Shown here piece by piece: positions 49,751-59,747 of a stretch of DNA of 64,000 nucleotides. Under the pieces are notes generated by a model. That model saw only the letters and a program-made list of their open reading frames with translations, ran no database searches and was not told the DNA's origin. Origin of the DNA: Acidimicrobiales bacterium. GTDB taxonomy: Bacteria; Actinomycetota; Acidimicrobiia; Acidimicrobiales; Aldehydirespiratoraceae. Positions within the stretch are counted from its first letter, which is position 1. Each line of letters opens with the position of its first letter. A program made the translations under genes and the position numbers. The stretch lies in contig JAJCXY010000056.1 of the NCBI GenBank assembly GCA_029263215.1, positions 73,678 to 137,677 on the forward strand, written 5' to 3'.

Positions 49751-50590
49751 CTAACCAACCGCGATCAGACCGGTTGCAAGCATCGCTGCGAGGAAGCCAC
49801 CAGCCTGGATCCGGCTCATCCTCTCACCGAGCACCCCACGCGCCAAGAGAACCGTCGCGATCGGATAGAGCGACGAAACAACCGAGACCACAGTGAGCGA
49901 TCCGCGATCGGCCGCGTAGAGAAACACCGCGTTCGAGGAGGTGTCGAACAAGCCGAGCCCCAGCACCAGCCGCACCGAGACACGGTCTCGCGGGAACACG
50001 GCGCGCCCTGTGGCGACGAACCCCGAAAGCAGCACCGAAGCCGTCAACAGGCGGGCTCCCACGATCGGCCAAGGAGCACTCGCCGCATCCGTATGACCGA
50101 GCACCACGAACATCAGACCAAATCCGATCCCCGCGAGCAGGGCCTCCCCCACCGCACGCCGCGAAACCCGAGCCGCGCCCTCGTCGTCGGACCACGACAC
50201 CAGACCGATTGCGAGAAGAGCGAGCACGACTCCCACCCAACCGAGTGCGCTCAGCGTGTCGTTGTCGACAAGGGTGCCCCACAAGGCAGGCACCGCGGCC
50301 GAAGTGATGGCGGTGAGTGGAGCGACCACCCCCATTGGGCCCCGCGCCAGACCCCGATAAAGCAGACCCAGCCCGATGAAGCCGAAGGCACCGGCCAACG
50401 CGCCCAGACCGAGGTCCTCCCAGCGATAGCTCTCCGCCCACATGAGCGACGCCGCCGTTACCCCGACCAGACCTACCAGATGGGCGCCGAGAAGGGCCTG
50501 GAGAACGTGCATCCTCTTGGCCGCGAGACCGCCGATGAAGTCGCCGGTGCCGAACATCACCGCGGTGACGAGGCTCAGAAGGATTGCCAC
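49751..50590 (-). CDS. EamA/DMT-superfamily transporter.
   Basis: 279 aa, about 10 TM, duplicated EamA-like halves. Confidence 0.78.
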   Translation of the reverse strand: MAILLSLVTAVMFGTGDFIGGLAAKRMHVLQALLGAHLVGLVGVTAASLMWAESYRWEDLGLGALAGAFGFIGLGLLYRGLARGPMGVVAPLTAITSAAVPALWGTLVDNDTLSALGWVGVVLALLAIGLVSWSDDEGAARVSRRAVGEALLAGIGFGLMFVVLGHTDAASAPWPIVGARLLTASVLLSGFVATGRAVFPRDRVSVRLVLGLGLFDTSSNAVFLYAADRGSLTVVSVVSSLYPIATVLLARGVLGERMSRIQAGGFLAAMLATGLIAVG

Positions 50591-50631
50591 CCGCCGAGGT
50601 TACGGATCGAGACCGAACACCCCACTCGATC

Positions 50632-51885
50632 TCACAGGGGAGTAGCCTCCTCCACCACCCGCGCATCCGCGAACGTGTCGACATCGCGAAGTGCCGGGAA
50701 GAAGCGCCACCACACCGCTACCACCACGAGGGTCCCGACTCCCCCGAACAAGATTGCGCCGACGAGCCCGAACGCGGCCGCGGTGAGGCCGCTTTCCACC
50801 GCTCCCAACTCGTTGGACGCCCCGATGAAGACGTTTTCCATCGCCAACACGCGACCGCGCATCTCCTCCGGCGTGGCGAGAGGCACGAGGGTGGCACGAA
50901 TGAACATCGAGATCGTGTCCGCCCCGGCGGCTATCACCAAGGCGACAAAGACGAGTGCGTAGTTGTCGGAGAGACCTATCACGATCGTCATCAGGCCGAA
51001 CAGGGCGATCACGGCCAGCAGGATCCGACCCACATGGCGACGCAAGGGCCTTACCGACAAGGTCAGCGCAACCACTCCACCCCCTATCCCGATGGCCGCC
51101 CTGAGCCAACCGAGTCCCACCGCGCCCACGCCGAGACGGTCTTCGGCAATGGCGGGGAGAAGGGCGACGATCCCCCCGAAGAGCACGGCAAAGAGGTCGA
51201 GGCTGACGGCGCCGAAGACGATGGGTTGGCGCCGCATGAATCTGAGGCCCGCTGCGGCATCGCTAAGAGCCTGACGACCTCCCGAGGTGGCGAGTTTCCT
51301 GGTCGGCGGCTTCGGTATCGCGAGCAGAACCGCTATCGCGAGCAAGAAGGCCACCGCGGCCACCAGGTGGGGGGCGGCGGGATCAAAGACGAATATGAAC
51401 CCGAAGGTGATCGGCCCGAGGATCAGGCCCGCTTGGAAGGTGACCGACCTGAGCGCTATCACTCGCTCGAGCACCGCAGGAGGCGCGAGATCTATGGGCA
51501 GAGCCCGAGAGGCCGGTGCCACGAACGCCCGTGCGATCCCGAACACGAAGACGAGGCCGAAAATCGGCAGCACCGAAGTGGGATCGGTTCTGACGTACAG
51601 GAACAGACCCACCGACGATGCCACCTCTCCCGCCAGTCCGCCGGCATAGATCAGGCGGCGATCGATTCGATCGGCGATCGCTCCGGTGAGCGGCGACAGC
51701 AGAGCGATCGGAACGAACTCGGCAAGCCCGAGCAAGCCGAGATCGAGCTCGTTGCCGGTGATGTCGAATACCTGCTTGCCGACGATCGTGACCTGGCCGA
51801 CCACCGCGAAAGCCGACAGGAAGAAGGTCAGCAGCAGGCCCTTGATCGCCCTCGGTATCGGAGTGCTGGTGCTGCCGGGGTTCAC
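50632..51885 (-). CDS. MFS transporter.
   Basis: 417 aa, about 12 TM, with the MFS loop motif GAIADRIDRR. Its GTG start overlaps the LLM gene stop (GTGA). Confidence 0.85.
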   Translation of the reverse strand: MNPGSTSTPIPRAIKGLLLTFFLSAFAVVGQVTIVGKQVFDITGNELDLGLLGLAEFVPIALLSPLTGAIADRIDRRLIYAGGLAGEVASSVGLFLYVRTDPTSVLPIFGLVFVFGIARAFVAPASRALPIDLAPPAVLERVIALRSVTFQAGLILGPITFGFIFVFDPAAPHLVAAVAFLLAIAVLLAIPKPPTRKLATSGGRQALSDAAAGLRFMRRQPIVFGAVSLDLFAVLFGGIVALLPAIAEDRLGVGAVGLGWLRAAIGIGGGVVALTLSVRPLRRHVGRILLAVIALFGLMTIVIGLSDNYALVFVALVIAAGADTISMFIRATLVPLATPEEMRGRVLAMENVFIGASNELGAVESGLTAAAFGLVGAILFGGVGTLVVVAVWWRFFPALRDVDTFADARVVEEATPL

Positions 51886-52760
51886 CCGGCGCGAACCACG
51901 TCGATCACCTGCTCGGCGAAGCGATGCACATGCTCAGGCGTGAGTGGATGGCCGAAATCCATCGTGAAGTAGCTCACGCCGAGACCAACGAGATCGCCGA
52001 CCTTCGTTGCCAGCTCTTCGCCTTCGTCATCGGTGGTGGGTAGGGGCGCTTCGAGGGTTGTGCAGAGTTCGATGTCGTGGGGGTCGCGGCCGGCCTCTGA
52101 CGCGGCCGCCCGGACGATGCCGAGCTTGCGCCTCCAGTCGTCGACATTTCGGGTGGAGCAGTTCCACATATCGGCCTGGCGCCCCACCAGCGGCAAGCCG
52201 ATCTTCTCACCCGCAGCACCGATGCAGATGGGCGGAACGATGTCGGGGAGGGGCGGCGCGGCCGCATCATCGATCGAGAAATACTCGCCCTGGAACGTGG
52301 GATGATCGTGGGTCCACATCAGTCGACAGATCTCCAGCATCTCCTCGAGTTCTGCGAAGCGAACCGACGCCTTGGGGAAGTCGTAGCCGTAGGCCTCGTA
52401 CTCCCCACCTCTCCAGCCCGCTCCTATCCCGAGGATGAACCGGCCGCCAGACAGGGTCTGGAGGGTGGCAGCCATCTTTGCGGTGAGCGCCGGCGGGCGG
52501 TATCCGTGGCCGAGGACGTGGTGGCAGAGCATCACGTCGGGGAACTTCGCGGCCAACCAGGTGAGAGTGGTCCACGCCTCGAGGAAGGGATCGGTGCGAG
52601 CGTCGAAGCCGTAGAAGTGATCGGCAATCCACAGGGAGTCGAAGTACTCGACCACCGTGGGGAGGATGTGCTCCTCCTGGTAGATCACGATCGACTGATG
52701 ATCGCTCCCCGCATTGCCGATCACCGGCGAGAGCCATCCGAACTTGAGATCATGGGTCAT
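51882..52760 (-). CDS. Luciferase-like (LLM class, probably F420-dependent) oxidoreductase.
   Basis: TIM-barrel LLM pattern: FDSLWIADHF, GRFILGIGAGW, and the C-terminal VSYFTMDF. ATG 52760 preferred. Confidence 0.85.
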   Translation of the reverse strand: MTHDLKFGWLSPVIGNAGSDHQSIVIYQEEHILPTVVEYFDSLWIADHFYGFDARTDPFLEAWTTLTWLAAKFPDVMLCHHVLGHGYRPPALTAKMAATLQTLSGGRFILGIGAGWRGGEYEAYGYDFPKASVRFAELEEMLEICRLMWTHDHPTFQGEYFSIDDAAAPPLPDIVPPICIGAAGEKIGLPLVGRQADMWNCSTRNVDDWRRKLGIVRAAASEAGRDPHDIELCTTLEAPLPTTDDEGEELATKVGDLVGLGVSYFTMDFGHPLTPEHVHRFAEQVIDVVRAG

Positions 52761-52818
52761 GAGCGCCGACGCTAGGCCGCTTGTCGGCTCACTGCACAGA
52801 CCGTGCAAGGATCACTGC

Positions 52819-53847
52819 ATGCTGATCGTGAGCTCCGACGCCCATCGCCACCATCACTGCCTCGAACTCGACGGCGCCAAGCTGATCGACTCGTGGGAGG
52901 GACCCGACCGAGCCGACTCCATCGATGCTGCCCTCCTGGTCGCAGGACTTGGGCCGTCGGTGGAACCGGAGCCATTCGACCGCCAACTCGTTGAGCGGGT
53001 GCACCTCCCCGACTACGTCGACTTCCTCTCTGAAGCCTGGGCTCGCTGGGTTGCCGGTGGCAACGAAGCGCCGGCCGCAATGGCGTTCGGCTGGCCGGCA
53101 CGACGGTTTCGCTCGATCCGGCCCCGTCACCTGAATGCCCAACTCGGCTTCTACAGTTTCGCCGCGGACTGCTCGATCGGAGCCGGCACCTGGCCGGCGG
53201 CTCAGGCCAGCGCGGCGATGGCCGACACTGCGGCTCGACACGTCGCCGAGAGCGGTCAGCCGGCCTTTGCACGATGTCGCCCTCCGGGCCACCACGCGAT
53301 GCGCGACCAGTTCGGCGGCTACTGCTACGTCAACAATGCTGCGGTCGCCGCGGAACGCCTGATCGAACTCGGTGCGGCGCGGGTGGCGATCCTCGACGTC
53401 GACTATCACCATGGCAACGGCACCCAGGACATCTTCTACGGGCGCGACGACGTGATCTTCTGTTCGATCCACGCCGATCCACTCGTCGAGTTCCCCTACT
53501 TCCTCGGCCACCGAGACGAGACGGGCGAGGGACCGGGAGAGGGTTCGAACCTCAACCTCCCCTTGCCCCACGGCACCGACGCCACGGCCTGGTTCGAGCA
53601 GCTTGATCGAGCCGCGCTCTGGATCAAGGCGAGTGGAGCAGAAATGCTCGTCGTCTCACTCGGAGTCGACACTTTCGAACACGATCCGATCTCCCGCTTT
53701 CGCCTCTCGCGCTCCGACTTCACCGAGATCGGTCGGCGCATCGTCGACCTCGATCTCCCCACCGTGCTGGTGATGGAGGGCGGCTACGCCACCGAGGAAC
53801 TCGGCAAGAACGTGGTGGAGGTCCTAAGCGGATTCAGCGACACCTAA
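52819..53847 (+). CDS. Histone-deacetylase-family (arginase/deacetylase fold) amidohydrolase, acetylpolyamine/acetoin-utilisation type.
   Basis: RPPGHHA, DVDYHHGNGTQ and EGGY motifs. ATG 52819. Confidence 0.88.
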   Translation: MLIVSSDAHRHHHCLELDGAKLIDSWEGPDRADSIDAALLVAGLGPSVEPEPFDRQLVERVHLPDYVDFLSEAWARWVAGGNEAPAAMAFGWPARRFRSIRPRHLNAQLGFYSFAADCSIGAGTWPAAQASAAMADTAARHVAESGQPAFARCRPPGHHAMRDQFGGYCYVNNAAVAAERLIELGAARVAILDVDYHHGNGTQDIFYGRDDVIFCSIHADPLVEFPYFLGHRDETGEGPGEGSNLNLPLPHGTDATAWFEQLDRAALWIKASGAEMLVVSLGVDTFEHDPISRFRLSRSDFTEIGRRIVDLDLPTVLVMEGGYATEELGKNVVEVLSGFSDT

Positions 53848-53849
53848 TG

Positions 53850-54932
53850 TCAGTCGGCAGCAACCTCGGCCAGCGTGGCCAGGAACCGGTCGTTCTCTTC
53901 GGGGGTACCGATGGTGACGCGAATTCCCTGGCCCGGGAAGGGACGGGTGACAACACCCTTCTGCTCGAGTCCGATATGGATCTGATCGGTACGACCCGAC
54001 GTCGGGATATAGACAAAATTGGCGTTGGCATCGGGCAGGTCCCAGCCGAGGTCGCCCAAAGCTCCCACCACCCGGTTGCGTTCGGCGAGCAGCAGATCGA
54101 TCCGCGGCTGGATCTCCTCCAGCGAGTCGAGCACTGCGAGGCTCGCCGCTTGGGCGAGCATGTTCGACGCGAAAGCGAGCAGCACCTTGTCGAGTTCCAT
54201 CACCAGCTCGGGGTGGGCGATCACATAGCCGGTGCGGAGTCCCGCCAGACCATATGCCTTGGAGAAAGTACGGCTCACCACCACATTGGGATGTGAGGGC
54301 AGGAGATCGGTCACCGGATCGCCAAGGGCAGGGTCGGAGAATTCGCGGTAGGCCTCATCGACCAGCACCACGACGTCGTCGGGGATCTGCTGCAGCAAGG
54401 AAGCGAGCTCGGTAGTGCTCACGGCAGTCCCCGTGGGGTTGTTGGGCGTGGCCAGCATCACGAGCTTGGTACGGGGGGTCACTGCGGCCGCCACCGCGTC
54501 GAGATCGAAGGCGTGATCGACAAGGTCGGTGGTGACCGGTGCCGCGGCCATCATCTTGACGTTGATCGGGTAGGCCTCGAACGAGGGCCAGGGGTAGACC
54601 ACCTCGTCGCCTGGGTCGAGATAGGCGAGACAAAGTTGCTGGAGCAGGCCCACCGAGCCACATCCCACCGCGACCTGATCGGCGCCCACACCGACCCAAC
54701 CGGCGATACGAGACCTCAGCTCGGTGGCGCGGTGGTCGCTGTAGCGGTTGACCCCCGTCGCTGCAGCCTGGATGGCGGCAACCACCGAAGGAGCGGGCTC
54801 ATAGGGGTTTTCGTTGGAGGCGAGCTTGATCGCATGACTGATTCCATGCTCAGCCTCGGCCTGGCTCGCGGCCTTGCCCGGACGATAGGCGGCGAGGGCG
54901 GTGACGGACGGTCGGACTCGGCCCACGGCCAT
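53850..54932 (-). CDS. hisC: Class II aminotransferase, histidinol-phosphate / aromatic aminotransferase type.
   Basis: LASNENPYEP, and SRTFSKAYGLAGLRTGY (PLP lysine). ATG 54932 has AGGAG 6 nt upstream and lies 16 nt after the hutI stop. Confidence 0.85.
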   Translation of the reverse strand: MAVGRVRPSVTALAAYRPGKAASQAEAEHGISHAIKLASNENPYEPAPSVVAAIQAAATGVNRYSDHRATELRSRIAGWVGVGADQVAVGCGSVGLLQQLCLAYLDPGDEVVYPWPSFEAYPINVKMMAAAPVTTDLVDHAFDLDAVAAAVTPRTKLVMLATPNNPTGTAVSTTELASLLQQIPDDVVVLVDEAYREFSDPALGDPVTDLLPSHPNVVVSRTFSKAYGLAGLRTGYVIAHPELVMELDKVLLAFASNMLAQAASLAVLDSLEEIQPRIDLLLAERNRVVGALGDLGWDLPDANANFVYIPTSGRTDQIHIGLEQKGVVTRPFPGQGIRVTIGTPEENDRFLATLAEVAAD

Positions 54933-54948
54933 GATCGGCTCCTGTTGA

Positions 54949-56127
54949 TCAGTCGGGTGAGGTGATGAAGGCACCCAGTGGACCGACAGTATGGCGCACC
55001 AGGGGCACCCCCGGCCTATACGCGAGGTGATGATGTGAGGGAGCGTCGAGGATTGTGGCGTGCCCGAGGCACCCCGGGGCGAGGCGGCCGATGTCGTCGC
55101 GCTGCAAAGCCCTTGCCCCTCCGATCGTCGCGGCCTGAACCGCCTCGTCGATGGTCATGAACATGTCGCGCACGGCGATTGCGATACAGAACGACATCGA
55201 GGTGGTGTAGCTCGAGCCCGGATTGCAGTTGGACGCGATCGCCACTGTCGCTCCCGCATCGATCACCCGGCGAGCATCGGGATAGGGCTGACGGGTGCTG
55301 AAATCGGCGGCGGGCAGGAAGGTGGCGACGGTATCGCTCGATGCCAGGGCGTCGATGTCGGTGTCGGACAGAAACGTGCAGTGGTCGACCGAAGCGCACC
55401 CACACTCCACTGCCACCTGAACCCCCGGACCCTCGCCAAGCTGGTTGCCGTGGATTCGCCCGAGGAGACCTGCCTCTCGTCCCGCGGCGAGCACAGCACG
55501 GGTCTGGTCGGCATCGAATGCCCCGGTCTCGCAGAAAACATCGATCCATCGAGCATGAGGAGCGGCCGACGCCAGCATCTCGTTGCAAACCAACTCGACG
55601 TAGTCGTCGGCTCGTTCCTCGTACTCCGATGGCACCAGATGAGCCCCGAGGAAGGTGGTCTCTGCCGTGTAGTGCTCGGCCACCTCGAGACTGCGCACCT
55701 CATCAACCACGTTGAGCCCGTAACCAGACTTGATCTCGATCGTGGTGGTGCCGGCTCGATGAGCCTCGGCCAACCTCAGTTCGGTGAGGCGCCTCAGCTG
55801 CTGCGTACTCGCCGATCTGGTGGCATCGGTGGTGACCCTTATGCCGCCTCCGTCGTAGGGGCGACCAGCCATGCGGGCGGTGAACTCCTCTGCCCGATCG
55901 CCCGCGAAGACGAGATGGGTGTGGGAATCCACGAACCCGGGGAGCACACAAGCTCCTCGCGCGTCGATCTGTTCATCGGCAATCGCACCCGCGGCTCCCA
56001 CCGCCGCCACGGTGCCGCTCTCGATCACCAGGGATGCGTCCCTGACGATCCCGAGTTCGCCCTCTCCTAGCGACGGGTCGTTGGTGACGAGCTGACCGAT
56101 GTTGTCGATGACGAGTGACCCGCTCAT
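54949..56127 (-). CDS. hutI: Imidazolonepropionase.
   Basis: Amidohydrolase fold: [12 protein letters not shown], and the HutI-typical IEIKSGYGL. Its ATG overlaps the hutF TGA (ATGA). Confidence 0.95.
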   Translation of the reverse strand: MSGSLVIDNIGQLVTNDPSLGEGELGIVRDASLVIESGTVAAVGAAGAIADEQIDARGACVLPGFVDSHTHLVFAGDRAEEFTARMAGRPYDGGGIRVTTDATRSASTQQLRRLTELRLAEAHRAGTTTIEIKSGYGLNVVDEVRSLEVAEHYTAETTFLGAHLVPSEYEERADDYVELVCNEMLASAAPHARWIDVFCETGAFDADQTRAVLAAGREAGLLGRIHGNQLGEGPGVQVAVECGCASVDHCTFLSDTDIDALASSDTVATFLPAADFSTRQPYPDARRVIDAGATVAIASNCNPGSSYTTSMSFCIAIAVRDMFMTIDEAVQAATIGGARALQRDDIGRLAPGCLGHATILDAPSHHHLAYRPGVPLVRHTVGPLGAFITSPD

Positions 56128-57458
56128 GGGGACATGACCTCCTGGATGCTGGAACCCAACTCCGCGGGCACGTCGATGGTGACATGGGTGCCGCCACGGA
56201 CCACGCGTGCTCCGTCGATGAACACGTCGGTGACGTCCTCGGCGCCCGCCGCGAACAGCACCACTCTGTCGGCGGGTGATCCCGCAGTACGAACCGAGTC
56301 GAGCCGCACCGCGATCAGATCGGCGCGGGCACCAACGCTGATCCGACCCACATCAGTCCAGCCGAGAGAGCGATGCCCCGCCTCGGCGGCGGCCGTCAGA
56401 AGTTCCGAGGCCGGGAATGATCCCCTCACCCCGGACCTGAGTCGCTCATCGAGCTCCAGAGCCCGTGCCTCCTCGAACATGTCGATGACGGCGTGGGAGT
56501 CAGAGCCCAATGCGAGCGCCACACCAGCCCGCGAGAGCAGGGTGGCAGGTCCGATCCCATCGGCGAGGTCTCGCTCGGTGGTGGGACACAGCGCAACCGT
56601 GGCTCCGGAGTCGGCCAAGATCGCGATATCGGCGCCGCTGAGGTGGGTGGCGTGGATCGCGGTTGTAGACGCACTGAGCGCACCGGCTTCGCCGAGTAGC
56701 GCCGTGGGGGTGAGGCCGTGGTGGGCGAGGCATTGGTCATTCTCGGCCACCTGTTCTGAGAGATGAACGTGGAGCGGCCACCCTCGATCGATCGCCCATG
56801 TACCCACCCGCGCCGCAGAGTCGCGGTCGACCGCGCGCACCGAATGGAGGGCAGCTCCGAGCCTGGCCGACCCCTCGATCGCAACCTGATCGACTCGGTC
56901 GATCCAGGCATCGGCATCGGCATCGGCGAAGCGTCGCTGGAACCCGTCGACCGGCCCGTGACCGCTGGCTGACAAGCTCCCGTGCAGGTAGACGGTGTCG
57001 AGCAGGGTGATGCGGATCCTGGCGTCGGCGGCCGCAGCGAGTACCGCTTCTGCCATCGCGTTGGGGTCTCGGTAGGCCGTGCCGTCGGCCTGATGATGCA
57101 CGTAGTGGAACTCGCCAACGGTGGTCACTCCTGCACAAACCATCTCAGCAAAGGTGGCCCGGGCGAGCCGGTGATAAGAGTCGGGGTCGAGGTTGGTGGC
57201 CGCTCGATACATCTGCTCACGCCAGGTCCAGAACGAACCGCTTCCGGCCTGGGTGCGGCTCCGCAGCGCTCGATGAAATGCGTGGCTATGGGCATTCGCG
57301 AATCCCGGCAGCACGAGCCCCCTCAACTTCTCATCGTGAGGCTCGGCGTCGACTCCAGATTCGATCGACGAGAAGCATCCGTCCTTCACCGTGAGCCTGA
57401 CGCGGGCCTCGACCTCATCGGCCACGAGGGCATGGTCACACCAGAAGGTCTTGGTCAC
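56124..57458 (-). CDS. hutF: Formimidoylglutamate deiminase.
   Basis: [21 protein letters not shown]....[10 protein letters not shown] is characteristic of HutF. Its GTG 57458 overlaps the def TGA (GTGA). Confidence 0.88.
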   Translation of the reverse strand: MTKTFWCDHALVADEVEARVRLTVKDGCFSSIESGVDAEPHDEKLRGLVLPGFANAHSHAFHRALRSRTQAGSGSFWTWREQMYRAATNLDPDSYHRLARATFAEMVCAGVTTVGEFHYVHHQADGTAYRDPNAMAEAVLAAAADARIRITLLDTVYLHGSLSASGHGPVDGFQRRFADADADAWIDRVDQVAIEGSARLGAALHSVRAVDRDSAARVGTWAIDRGWPLHVHLSEQVAENDQCLAHHGLTPTALLGEAGALSASTTAIHATHLSGADIAILADSGATVALCPTTERDLADGIGPATLLSRAGVALALGSDSHAVIDMFEEARALELDERLRSGVRGSFPASELLTAAAEAGHRSLGWTDVGRISVGARADLIAVRLDSVRTAGSPADRVVLFAAGAEDVTDVFIDGARVVRGGTHVTIDVPAELGSSIQEVMSP

Positions 57459-58027
57459 GACCCGACTCGGTCGACGAACTCGGTGATTCGCGCCACGAAA
57501 GCATCGCGGTGGTGAGCTTCGTATTGCTCCCATGTGGCGAGGGTGGAGGGGTCGCTGACACGGTCGACGAACAAGACGCCGTCGAGGTGATCACACTCGT
57601 GTTGCCAGGTGCCGGCGGTGAGGCCCCGCACCACCTCGTCGTGTTCGGTGCCTTCCCTGTCGAGATACCGCACTCGGATGTTGACGTGGCGTTCGACGTT
57701 GCCTCGCAGCGGCACCGAGAGGCAGCCCTCGTTGAGTTCGACCAACTCGTCGTCGAGGGGCACGATCACCGGGTTGATCGCAACTGTGAGCGGGATCGTC
57801 GGCTTGTACGGATAACGGGGATTCTTGTTCACCTCGAGCACCGTGACCCTCAGCGGGCTTCCGATCTGGTTGGCCGCAATTCCGGCCCCATTGGCCGACC
57901 GCATCGTGTCGATGAGATCGTCGATCAGGGACTGAACCTCGACCGATCCGATTCGATCAGCCGCGATCTCCGGCGCCTTCGTTCTCAGGGCCGGATGGCC
58001 GATGGCGAGAATCTCCCGGGCTGGCAT
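57455..58027 (-). CDS. def: Peptide deformylase family metallohydrolase, embedded in the hut operon.
   Basis: All three PDF motifs are intact: GAGIAANQIG, EGCLS and QHECDH. Its ATG overlaps the hutU TGA by 1 nt. Confidence 0.9.
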   Translation of the reverse strand: MPAREILAIGHPALRTKAPEIAADRIGSVEVQSLIDDLIDTMRSANGAGIAANQIGSPLRVTVLEVNKNPRYPYKPTIPLTVAINPVIVPLDDELVELNEGCLSVPLRGNVERHVNIRVRYLDREGTEHDEVVRGLTAGTWQHECDHLDGVLFVDRVSDPSTLATWEQYEAHHRDAFVARITEFVDRVGS

Positions 58028-59685
58028 CAGGTCTCCGTCATTGGTACCCGGACGCCTCGATCTGCGGCCACCGCCTGGGCCTCCGGGTAGCCCGCATCGA
58101 CGTGACGCATCACCCCGGTGCCGGGATCGTTGGTGAGCACCCGTTCGAGCTTCTCGGCCGCGAGGTCGGTGCCGTCGGCGACGCAGACCTGGCCCGCGTG
58201 GATCGATCGGCCGATGCCGACTCCACCGCCATGATGAATACTCACCCAGGTGGCACCGGAGCAGGTGTTGAGCAGCCCGTTGAGCAGTGGCCAGTCGGCG
58301 ATGGCATCGGAGCCGTCGAGCATGTCTTCGGTCTCCCGGTAGGGGGAGGCGACCGACCCGGAGTCGAGATGGTCTCGACCGATCACGACCGGGGCCTTCA
58401 ACTCGCCGCTTCGCACCATCTCGTTGAAACGGAGTCCGAGCCGGTGCCGCTCCCCGTATCCCAACCAGCAGATACGGGCCGGGAGGCCCTGGAACGCGAC
58501 CCGCTCGCCGGCCAGATGGATCCAGCGCGCCAGCGCTTCGTCGTCGGGGAACTCCTCCAGCACGGCGCGATCAGTGGCGGCTATGTCGGCGGGATCGCCC
58601 GAGAGCGCCACCCACCGGAACGGACCCTTCCCCTCACAGAAGAGGGGCCTGATGTATGCGGGGAGGAAGCCTGGATAGGCGAAGGCGCGGTCGAAACCCC
58701 CCAGCTCGGCCTCGGCCCGCAGGCTGTTGCCATAGTCGAAGACTTCGGCGCCCGCATCCATGAATCCCACCATCGCCTCACAGTGCACTGCCATCGCCAG
58801 GCGAGCCCGTCGGGTGAATTCCCCTGGATCGGTGCGCCGGAGTTCGTCGGCGGCGTCGAGCGAAAGATCGTTCGGCAGATAACTCAGGGGGTCGTGAGCC
58901 GATGTCTGATCGGTGACGATGTCGGCCGCAACACCGTCGGCCAGCAGTCGAGGAAGCACGTCGGCAGCATTGCCGACCAGCCCCACCGAAAGGGCCCGGC
59001 GGGCCTTCCTCGCCTCCTCCACCCGGGCCACGGCGGTTGGGTAGTCGGGCGCGATTTCATCGAGGTAACGATGATCCAAGCGCCGCTGCAGCATGTGCGG
59101 GTCGACGTCGACCACCAGCACCGCTCCGTCGTTCATGGTGACGGCCAAGGGTTGGGCACCACCCATGCCTCCTGCTCCGGCGGTGATCGTGAGGGTGCCC
59201 GCCAGTGTGCCGTTGAAGCGCTTGCGGGCAATTTCGGCGAAGCACTCGTAGGTGCCCTGCAGGATTCCCTGGGTGCCTATGTAGATCCATGAGCCCGCTG
59301 TCATCTGGCCGTACATCGTGAGTCCGAGATGTTCGAGACGGCGGAACTCATCCCAGTTCGCCCAGTCGGGCACGAGGTTGGAATTGGCGATGAGGACACG
59401 CGGGGCCCACTCATGGGTGCGGAACACGCCAACCGGCTTGCCCGATTGGACGAGCATTGTCTCATCGCGGTCGAGCGTCGTGAGGGTGCGCAGCATGGCG
59501 TGGTAGGCGTCCCAGGAGCGGGCGGCACGGCCCGTACCGCCGTAGACCACCAGTTCTGCGGGGTTCTCCGCCACCTCGGGATCGAGGTTGTTCTGCAGCA
59601 TTCGAAATGCTGCTTCCTGCGGCCATCCCCGGCAGGCCAGATCGGTTCCTCGGGGTGCATGGATGGGGTAGGGAGCTGAAGACAT
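58027..59685 (-). CDS. hutU: Urocanate hydratase.
   Basis: [33 protein letters not shown], with the full-length HutU pattern. ATG 59685 preferred to TTG 59724. Confidence 0.97.
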   Translation of the reverse strand: MSSAPYPIHAPRGTDLACRGWPQEAAFRMLQNNLDPEVAENPAELVVYGGTGRAARSWDAYHAMLRTLTTLDRDETMLVQSGKPVGVFRTHEWAPRVLIANSNLVPDWANWDEFRRLEHLGLTMYGQMTAGSWIYIGTQGILQGTYECFAEIARKRFNGTLAGTLTITAGAGGMGGAQPLAVTMNDGAVLVVDVDPHMLQRRLDHRYLDEIAPDYPTAVARVEEARKARRALSVGLVGNAADVLPRLLADGVAADIVTDQTSAHDPLSYLPNDLSLDAADELRRTDPGEFTRRARLAMAVHCEAMVGFMDAGAEVFDYGNSLRAEAELGGFDRAFAYPGFLPAYIRPLFCEGKGPFRWVALSGDPADIAATDRAVLEEFPDDEALARWIHLAGERVAFQGLPARICWLGYGERHRLGLRFNEMVRSGELKAPVVIGRDHLDSGSVASPYRETEDMLDGSDAIADWPLLNGLLNTCSGATWVSIHHGGGVGIGRSIHAGQVCVADGTDLAAEKLERVLTNDPGTGVMRHVDAGYPEAQAVAADRGVRVPMTET

Positions 59686-59729
59686 GGTGATTGCATTGTT
59701 TCGGCCCGTCCCATACGTTGTCAATCACC
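59686..59729. promoter_or_regulatory. Perfect 8-bp inverted repeat bracketing the 62-nt hutU / IclR divergent region. Candidate operator.
   Basis: GGTGATTG (59686-59693) and CAATCACC (59722-59729), separated by 28 nt. Confidence 0.3.
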
Positions 59730-59747
59730 GAGAGGAGATGTCAGACA

